Below, piece after piece: positions 58,151 through 64,000 of a DNA stretch of 64,000 nucleotides. The translations under genes were made by a program, and so were the position numbers. The DNA is from Candidatus Limnocylindrales bacterium. GTDB taxonomy: Bacteria > Chloroflexota > Limnocylindria > Limnocylindrales > CSP1-4. Where the stretch lies: assembly GCA_038248915.1 (NCBI GenBank), contig JBBRXB010000003.1:49091-113090 (forward strand), read 5' to 3'. The notes beneath the pieces are model-generated. The model did no database searches. It was not told the DNA's origin and saw nothing but the letters and a program-made list of their open reading frames with translations. Each line of letters begins with the position of its first letter. Positions within the stretch are counted from its first letter, which is position 1.

Positions 58151-58843
58151 TCAGGCCGCGAGGTCGGTCGACGGCCCCGGTAGCGCTGCGTTCAAGAGTG
58201 CGGCGAACAACGCCCCGGTCGGCCCGTGGTTTCCGAGCATCGACGCACGCGCAGCCTGTCCATACAGCAGGGCAGCCGGTCGCGGCTTGATCGCCACGAT
58301 CGCGGGCAGCCCGTATCGAAGCGCCACGAAGTTGGCCCAACACCGAGCTATCCGGCCATTGCCGTTGGCGAACGGGTGGATGCGAACCCACTCGCCGTGG
58401 GCGAAGGCCGCGAACCGCACAACAGCGGCCAGAGCAGCTGGCGACGACGGCTTGGCGCCCACTGCGATGTGCACCTCGATTCGGCCACAAAGCGTGTGCA
58501 TAGCCGCTTCGAAGGTCGCGAGTGCGGCCGGGACATCGGTGTGACGGACGCCGGGTAAGCCGCCGACGACCACGTCATAGGCGATGAGTTCTGGAAACAA
58601 CGGATCAGTGTCGCGGATCTCGCCGGTGTAGTACGGCACCGGAAGCGGCACCCCGCGATAGATGGATCGATGCCAGTCGGCGGCAAGTGCCAAGGTGGGC
58701 GCCACACGCGCTGCCGCTTGGCCCTTGACCGTCTGGGCGACGGCTGCGGTGTTCTGCGCGATGAGTGGGTAGGCGGACGGAGGATCGGCGTCCCAGGCGA
58801 TCGGCATCAGCGGCCGAACGCGGCGCGATCTCGAACGGGTCAT
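58151..58843 (-). CDS. Fic/Doc family protein (toxin-like)
   Basis: Core Fic motif HPFANGNGR. Start uncertain (58843 or ATG 58807). Confidence 0.75.
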   Translation of the reverse strand: MTRSRSRRVRPLMPIAWDADPPSAYPLIAQNTAAVAQTVKGQAAARVAPTLALAADWHRSIYRGVPLPVPYYTGEIRDTDPLFPELIAYDVVVGGLPGVRHTDVPAALATFEAAMHTLCGRIEVHIAVGAKPSSPAALAAVVRFAAFAHGEWVRIHPFANGNGRIARCWANFVALRYGLPAIVAIKPRPAALLYGQAARASMLGNHGPTGALFAALLNAALPGPSTDLAA

Positions 58844-59117
58844 CCTCCCGGACCACCATTCGGGCGGAGATCGGATCGGTCTGCCCCTCGGCCTCGGCCC
58901 ATGCCGTGAGCGACGCCTCGATGTCGCTCGGCCGCAGCTCCTGGAGTCGTCGCAGGGTGGCTTCGAGTTCTGCCTCGAGACCGAGGCTGATCGCCGCCAG
59001 CTCCCGCTCGATCATCTCCTCGGCCAAACGGTTCATCGACGTGCCCAACTGCTCAGCGACGAGACGAAGCCGCTCCCGAGTGTCGGGATTGGCGAATCGC
59101 AGCGGAAAGGTGCTCAT
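58836..59117 (-). CDS. Putative ribbon-helix-helix antitoxin/regulator partner of Fic; 3' end undefined
   Basis: N-terminal beta-strand/helix pattern MSTFPLRFANPDTRERLRLVAEQLGTSMNRLAEEMIERELAA. The frame has no stop until 58605 and runs 240 nt into fic in another frame, so the true end is uncertain. Confidence 0.4.
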
Positions 59118-59134
59118 CCTCGAACCATAGGGAC

Positions 59135-59167
59135 GAATGATGTCAGATGTCGAATCTGACATCATTC
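59135..59167. promoter_or_regulatory. 33-bp inverted repeat (GAATGATGTCAGA-7 nt-TCTGACATCATTC) immediately upstream of the antitoxin start; candidate autoregulatory operator
   Basis: Seen directly, 18-50 nt upstream of the ATG at 59117. Confidence 0.45.
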
Positions 59168-59209
59168 TAGCATCGGGTACAGGTCCATTCGTGTTGCTTC
59201 CGCCTGGAT

Positions 59210-59950
59210 TCAGGAACCGCATGTCGTTGGCGGGGGCAACGTGCCCTCGAAGGCGGCGTTCGGATGCGTCGGCTTGCCGAGACCTGGAACGACGGGCCAC
59301 GGATCAGGTGCCGAGCCCGAGAGCCCCGGGCTGTCGATCCAAAACGGCGTCCCAGCGGTTGCGTTTCCGGCGATGGCGAACACGAAGGTCCTGTCATCGC
59401 TGAAACCCCCGGTCGCCTTGACGCCATGGATCGCAAGCGCACTCACGCCACGTTGCATCAGTTGGCCGAAGACGAACCCGGGCCGGGCAAGATCGGTCCT
59501 GGCGCAGCGAACTGACTCCATCGCACCGAAGGACGCCCCCTCGGGCCGTGGCGCATCGGCCGACTTCAGGGTCGTGAGAACCCAGGCATCACCGCTCTTG
59601 ATTGCGAGAATCAGTTGGACCTTGCCGTCGCGCCATCGGGACAGGACAGCCCCGTCCTCCGTGGGCCAGATCGCGGCCGACTCAACACTGGCAAGAGCCG
59701 CGATCGCCTGGCGATCCGATCCGGCCAGGCCCTGATCGGCGATCTGGACACGACTCGTGCCGACGGCAAGCGCCGCAACGGCGACGGCCAACACGGCGGC
59801 CGCACCAGCCAGACGCGGCGCCCAGATCCAAGGTGATCGAGTTCCACCTGCCTCGGTGACCCGAGCACGAACCCGTGCGAACGTGGGCGGCACGTAGCGA
59901 TCGACTTCAGGATGTCCGCGCCGCAACTGGCGCTCGAGCATGTCATGCAT
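59210..59950 (-). CDS. Putative anti-sigma factor (single-pass membrane protein)
   Basis: Starts 5 nt after the ECF sigma stop, with the sigma C-terminal GAGGAG acting as RBS. One TM helix (AAAVLAVAVAALAV), then an extracytoplasmic domain. Confidence 0.55.
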   Translation of the reverse strand: MHDMLERQLRRGHPEVDRYVPPTFARVRARVTEAGGTRSPWIWAPRLAGAAAVLAVAVAALAVGTSRVQIADQGLAGSDRQAIAALASVESAAIWPTEDGAVLSRWRDGKVQLILAIKSGDAWVLTTLKSADAPRPEGASFGAMESVRCARTDLARPGFVFGQLMQRGVSALAIHGVKATGGFSDDRTFVFAIAGNATAGTPFWIDSPGLSGSAPDPWPVVPGLGKPTHPNAAFEGTLPPPTTCGS

Positions 59951-59955
59951 GTCGG

Positions 59956-60465
59956 TCACTCCTCTATCCATGTACGGAGTCGCGCGATGCCGCGAAAGAC
60001 GTTGGCCCTGGCGCCGCTCTCTGAGATCCGGAGGACGGTCGCGATGGCGGCGAAATCGAGATCTGCCCGGAAGCGCAGGTAGATCGCGGCGCGCTGCCGT
60101 TCGGGCAGCCGGTCGACCTGAGTCCAAAGAGCAAGCCGCTGGGCATCATCGGGATCCTGGGCAACCAGTTCGATCTCGCTGACCGCGATCCGCCGACCAA
60201 GTCGATGGCTATCCATGGCCAGGTTGTGGGCGACGCGGAAGAGCCATGCATCGACGTTGCCGGGACGCCGCGAAGCCTGTAGACCGAGGAGCCGGGCGAA
60301 GGATTCCTGAGCGACCTCCTCGGCGCGGGCGGGATCGAGCCCGAGTCGACGGCCGTATTCCCAGATCTGCGTCGCACGACGCTCATACGCGCGCTCGACG
60401 GTCGCGTCCCAGTAGTCGTGGGACTCCGCGATAAGAATGGCCAGGTCAGGCTTGCTGCTCGTCAC
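59956..60465 (-). CDS. ECF (sigma-70 family group 4) RNA polymerase sigma factor
   Basis: Region 2 (WLFRVAHNLAMDSHR) and region 4 HTH (QRAAIYLRFRADLDFAAIATVLRISESGARANVFRGIARLR). GTG start. Confidence 0.8.
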   Translation of the reverse strand: MTSSKPDLAILIAESHDYWDATVERAYERRATQIWEYGRRLGLDPARAEEVAQESFARLLGLQASRRPGNVDAWLFRVAHNLAMDSHRLGRRIAVSEIELVAQDPDDAQRLALWTQVDRLPERQRAAIYLRFRADLDFAAIATVLRISESGARANVFRGIARLRTWIEE

Positions 60466-60501
60466 GGTTGTGTGACGCGAGTGCCGACCCCTTCGTTTAC
60501 G

Positions 60502-61101
60502 TCAATCGGTCACCCATCGCCGATACGAGGTCGGAGCGGACAAGACGCGGAGGACGAACACGAGATCGTGGCCGGGCACGGTCTCGGTCATCGACCAGCA
60601 GCCGGGTGACGGGAATACGATCCCGACCGCCTGAAATCCGCTCGAACCGTACCCATCTGGCACCGAGATCTCCACGCTACCGGTCGGTCCGTCGAGACGG
60701 CGCGCGCTCACGGTCAGGTTTCCATCAACAAGCCGATACGACACGAATTTCGCGTGGAGGTCCGGTCCAACGACCAGCGTGCCATCGCTTGTCCCGAGTT
60801 GGACCCACATTGCGTCGTTGCCAAACATGGTGTCCAGGGGCGCAGGTGTCATGCCAGGCGGCAGGACCACGCCTCCGAGGATGAAGGCCGTAACCGCCGC
60901 CGGAACCGCAATCGGTGGGGCCGCAATGGTGACAGCGCAACTCGATCGGTCCGGTGATCGGGCCGCTACGGAACTCGTCGGAGTCACCGAGCTATTGCAC
61001 CCTGCCAGCGCGAAGAACACGCACAGGGCGACAACGCGTCGGCCCACGGGCGACGTGGTCTTGGAGTCGCCGACCAGTGCAGCGATCGTGTGCTGGGTCA
61101 T
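60502..61101 (-). CDS. Putative lipoprotein of unknown function
   Basis: Signal peptide with lipobox VVALCVFFALAGC at M25 of ORF 60502..61173. Confidence 0.45.
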   Translation of the reverse strand: MTQHTIAALVGDSKTTSPVGRRVVALCVFFALAGCNSSVTPTSSVAARSPDRSSCAVTIAAPPIAVPAAVTAFILGGVVLPPGMTPAPLDTMFGNDAMWVQLGTSDGTLVVGPDLHAKFVSYRLVDGNLTVSARRLDGPTGSVEISVPDGYGSSGFQAVGIVFPSPGCWSMTETVPGHDLVFVLRVLSAPTSYRRWVTD

Positions 61102-61230
61102 CGTGCCCCGATCTCGAGCAGCAGATCCAGTCGAAGCATAGCCTGAGGGTCCAGTCTGCCTCGAGAGCGTCACTGATGCCGACGCACCAACACTTGCCGT
61201 TCGTCTCAGCGGCGGCCGACCGTCCGAACC

Positions 61231-62388
61231 TCAGCCAGAGTTCCGGAGCGGGTGCTCGGCGACGACCGACTCGACGATGTTGGCGCCGAGCCCGGGCCGT
61301 GAGGGCACGATCAGCTCGCCGTCGACGATCTCGATCTTCTGGTCGATGAGGTCCCACTTCCAGGGGATGTCGTCCATGTCGATCTCGAAGATCTCGAAGT
61401 TGGGCATCGCGGCGTAGAGATGCGCGTTGGCGAGGGTGGACAGCGGGCTCATGTAGTTGTGCGGCGAGACCATCGTGTCGTAGTGGGCCGCCAGCTCGCA
61501 GATCCGGCGCGATTCCGACAGGCCGTTGTTGAGGAGCTCCACCATGACCACGTCCGTGACGTGGCGCTCGAGGAACGGGCGGAACTGCTCGCGCCGGATG
61601 AGCGCCTCGCCATGGCACAGGCGCGTCCGGGTCCCCCGCCGGGCGGTCAGCAGCGCGTCCGGATCGAACCCTTCGGCCTCCAGCCAGTACAGGTCGAATG
61701 GCTCAAGCGCCCGCCCGAGCTCGATGATCCCGCCGTGGCGGTACTCCTGGCCGACGTCGAACAGGATCCCCATGTCCGGTCCGACCCGCTCTCGCAGGGC
61801 GCCGATGAACGCCACCGCCGCATCGATCCGGTAGCGGTCGATAGCGCCGTACAGCGTGGGTGGCAGGCCGGTCGTCAGCCCCGGCACGAGCAGATTGGTC
61901 TTGAGCGCCTTGAAGCCTGCCGCTTCGACGTCGTCGACGAGCGCGATCCAGCTGTCGAGGGTGCGCGCCGGCTCGACCCCGAGCGCCTCCGGGTCGATCG
62001 CCCGGTAGGAGGCGAAATGCGACCAGTACAGCGGCAGCCGGTCGCGGTACAGGCCGCCCAGCAGCTCGTAGACGGGCACGCCCAGCCACTTGCCCTTGAT
62101 GTCGTAGAGCGCCAGCTCGATCGCCGCGAGGACCTTCATCCGTTCCGGCACGCCGGCCTTGCCCACGTCCCAGAACTTCCGGCCGATCAGGTCGATCCGG
62201 CGCGGATCCTCGCCGACCAACTCCTTGCCGAGGACGCGGATGGCCTCGGCCAGCACGGACCCGGTGTGCCAGTCGTAGCCCTCGCCCCAGCCGACGATGC
62301 CCTCGTCGGTCGTGACCTTGACGAACAGCCAGTCCCGACCGCCGATGCCGCTGTTGCAGGTCATCGGCTCGATGGCGGTGATCTTCAT
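61231..62388 (-). CDS. Enolase-superfamily acid-sugar dehydratase (D-mannonate/D-galactonate dehydratase-like subgroup)
   Basis: MKITAIEP...VKVTTDEGIVGWGEGY N-terminus. ATGA overlap with the upstream paralog. Confidence 0.85.
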   Translation of the reverse strand: MKITAIEPMTCNSGIGGRDWLFVKVTTDEGIVGWGEGYDWHTGSVLAEAIRVLGKELVGEDPRRIDLIGRKFWDVGKAGVPERMKVLAAIELALYDIKGKWLGVPVYELLGGLYRDRLPLYWSHFASYRAIDPEALGVEPARTLDSWIALVDDVEAAGFKALKTNLLVPGLTTGLPPTLYGAIDRYRIDAAVAFIGALRERVGPDMGILFDVGQEYRHGGIIELGRALEPFDLYWLEAEGFDPDALLTARRGTRTRLCHGEALIRREQFRPFLERHVTDVVMVELLNNGLSESRRICELAAHYDTMVSPHNYMSPLSTLANAHLYAAMPNFEIFEIDMDDIPWKWDLIDQKIEIVDGELIVPSRPGLGANIVESVVAEHPLRNSG

Positions 62389-63551
62389 GGCAACCGGTCC
62401 GCGGCGAGCGGATGCGCTCGCACGACGTCTTCGACGATGTCGGCGCCCCAGCCGGGCCGGTCCGACACGATCAATTGCCCGTTCTCGATCTCGAGCGGGT
62501 GGGTCAGCAGGTCGCCCTTCCAGGGCACGTCGTCGATGTCGATCTCGAGGATCTCCACGTTCGAGACCGCCGCGCACAGCTGGGCGTTGATCAACGTCCC
62601 GAGCGGGCTCATCCAGTTGTGGGGCGAGATCATCGTGTCGTACAGCTCGGCCATCTCGGCGATCCTGCGCGACTCGGACAGGCCATTGGACAGCGTTTCG
62701 ATCATCACGACATCCGTGACGTGACGCTGGAAGAACGGCCGGAACTGCTCGCGCCGGATGAGGCTTTCGCCGTGGCACAGGCGGGTGGTCGTCTGCTCGC
62801 GCGCCGCCAGCAGCGCGTCCGGGTCGAGGCTCTCGGCCTCCAGCCAGTACAGGTCGAATGGCTCGAGCGCCCGGGCGAGCTGGACGATGCCGCCCATCCG
62901 GTAGTCGAACTGGACGTCGACGGCGATACCGATGCCCGGTCCGACCACGTCGCGGAGCGTGCCGATCCAGGCCACCGCGGCGTCGATCGTCGCGTGGTCG
63001 ATCGCGCCGTCGAGGTAGCGCGGCAGACGGGCGCGGCCGTCCGGGCCGCCCTCCGCGATGAGGTTAGTCTTGAGGACCTTGTACCCGGCCGCGACCACGT
63101 CCCGCGCCCCGGCCGCCCACTCGGCGTACGTGTGGGTCGGCGGCTGGCCGACGACCTCCGGCCAGACCGCGCGGTACGTCGCGAAGTGCGACCAGTACAG
63201 CGGGATCCGATCGCGGAACAGGCCGCCGAGCAGCTCGTAGACCGGCACGCTCAGCCACTTCGCCTTGATGTCCCACAGCGCGAGGTCCATCGCGGCCAGG
63301 ACCTTCTGGCGTTCCGGGACGCCCGGCCGGCCGCTGTACCAGATCCGCTCGTTCATCAGCTCGATCCGACGCGGGTCTTCGCCGATCAGCCGCCGGCCCA
63401 TGACTTCGAGCGCGGTCTTGAGCGACGCCGAGGTGTGCCAGTCGTAGGTCTCCGCCCAGCCGACGATGCCCTCGTCCGTGGTGACCTTCAGGAAACCGAA
63501 TTCGCGCGATCCGCCGTCGCAGACGAATGGCTCGATCGCCGTGATCTTCAC
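62385..63551 (-). CDS. Enolase-superfamily acid-sugar dehydratase, tandem paralog
   Basis: ~65% identical by eye to 61231..62388 (VKITAIEPFVCDGG...LKVTTDEGIVGWAETY). GTG start chosen so that the operator lies upstream. Confidence 0.85.
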   Translation of the reverse strand: MKITAIEPFVCDGGSREFGFLKVTTDEGIVGWAETYDWHTSASLKTALEVMGRRLIGEDPRRIELMNERIWYSGRPGVPERQKVLAAMDLALWDIKAKWLSVPVYELLGGLFRDRIPLYWSHFATYRAVWPEVVGQPPTHTYAEWAAGARDVVAAGYKVLKTNLIAEGGPDGRARLPRYLDGAIDHATIDAAVAWIGTLRDVVGPGIGIAVDVQFDYRMGGIVQLARALEPFDLYWLEAESLDPDALLAAREQTTTRLCHGESLIRREQFRPFFQRHVTDVVMIETLSNGLSESRRIAEMAELYDTMISPHNWMSPLGTLINAQLCAAVSNVEILEIDIDDVPWKGDLLTHPLEIENGQLIVSDRPGWGADIVEDVVRAHPLAADRLP

Positions 63552-63588
63552 TCGCGGGCCCCTCGCGATTCGGTTGACATCGTCCCGG

Positions 63589-63600
63589 ATTGTCGACAAT
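63589..63600. promoter_or_regulatory. Operator ATTGTCGACAAT (site 6 of 6) in the divergent region between the tandem dehydratases and a Gfo oxidoreductase
   Basis: GGATTGTCGACAATCAT. TATGAT -10-like element on the minus strand at 63599-63604; TTGACA at 63573-63578 on the plus strand. Confidence 0.6.
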
Positions 63601-63700
63601 CATACCGACACGGTCCGTCGAGATCGACGCGATTCCCGAATGCTGTCTCCGGTTCGCTGCGCGTCCCGGATGGCCACTTCACGAAAGGACGCAGGCCTCC

Positions 63701-64000
63701 ATGAGCGTCGGCTTCGGGCTCCTCGGATCGGGTTTCATGGCGCACACGTACGCGCAGAGCCTCGCCAAGCACGTCCCGGACGGCCGCCTGGTGGCCGTCG
63801 CGGAAGGCACCCGAGCACCGGGGCTGGCCGCCGAGTACGGCGTTCCGGCCCTCGCGGACGCGGCGGCCCTGTTCGCCCGCGACGATGTCGATGCGGTCCT
63901 CATCTGCACGCCCCATTCGACCCACCGGGCGCTGACCGAGGCTGCCGCCGCGGCCGGCAAGCACGTCTACATCGAGAAGCCGATGGCCGTCACGCTGGCC
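63701..64000 (+). CDS. Gfo/Idh/MocA family oxidoreductase, 3' partial at the window edge
   Basis: MSVGFGLLGSGFMAHTY...EKPMAV. The ORF runs off the window. Confidence 0.75.
   Translation, partial: MSVGFGLLGSGFMAHTYAQSLAKHVPDGRLVAVAEGTRAPGLAAEYGVPALADAAALFARDDVDAVLICTPHSTHRALTEAAAAAGKHVYIEKPMAVTLA

Noticed and set aside
58605-58835. C-terminal ~77 codons of antitoxin ORF 58605..59300
   Set aside because: Arg-rich and out of frame over the well-formed Fic N-terminus. Treated as read-through caused by a missing stop, not as real coding sequence.
1-64000. Search for CRISPR arrays, tRNA/rRNA genes, transposases, integrases, phage genes
   Set aside because: No regularly spaced direct repeats, no cloverleaf-like segments in the few gaps over 150 bp, and no ORF with transposase, integrase or phage-like motifs. 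The region looks like core or accessory metabolic chromosome rather than a mobile element.

Overview
High-GC (~70%) bacterial chromosomal segment densely packed with carbohydrate, organic-acid and amino-acid catabolic genes. The taxon is probably an F420-producing Actinobacteria- or Chloroflexi-like lineage: there are four F420-dependent LLM-class oxidoreductases, two PPOX-class F420 proteins, a Tat/lipobox substrate-binding protein and many ATGA/GTGA translationally coupled gene junctions. I call about 60 genes. They include one sugar ABC importer with a fused tandem permease, a substrate-binding protein and an ATPase separated from them by two other genes. Nine Gfo/Idh/MocA oxidoreductases and six enolase-superfamily (mandelate racemase/acid-sugar dehydratase) paralogs are present. 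Other metabolic genes are an FAH-family hydratase, two HpcH/HpaI aldolases, a DapA-family lyase, an aldehyde dehydrogenase, D-isomer and FMN-dependent hydroxy-acid dehydrogenases, DhaK/DhaL, a lone xanthine-dehydrogenase-family Mo subunit, a stand-alone AceE-type E1, two D-aminoacylases, a DSD1-family PLP enzyme, a threonine aldolase and a class-V aminotransferase. Regulators are GntR, IclR, XRE-cupin and an ECF sigma/anti-sigma pair. There is also a Fic toxin with an RHH antitoxin. No rRNA, tRNA, CRISPR, transposase or integrase was seen. The most striking non-coding signal is a perfect 12-18 bp palindrome (TAGATTGTCGACAATCTA, core ATTGTCGACAAT) at six intergenic sites. It is embedded in or next to -10 elements of sigma70-like promoters and lies directly upstream of the GntR gene. 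This defines a multi-locus GntR regulon over an oxidative sugar-acid to alpha-ketoglutarate-semialdehyde-type pathway. Coordinates of gene starts are derived from the ORF track plus RBS inspection and may be off by a few codons. Most long R/P-rich ORFs on the opposite strands are frame shadows.
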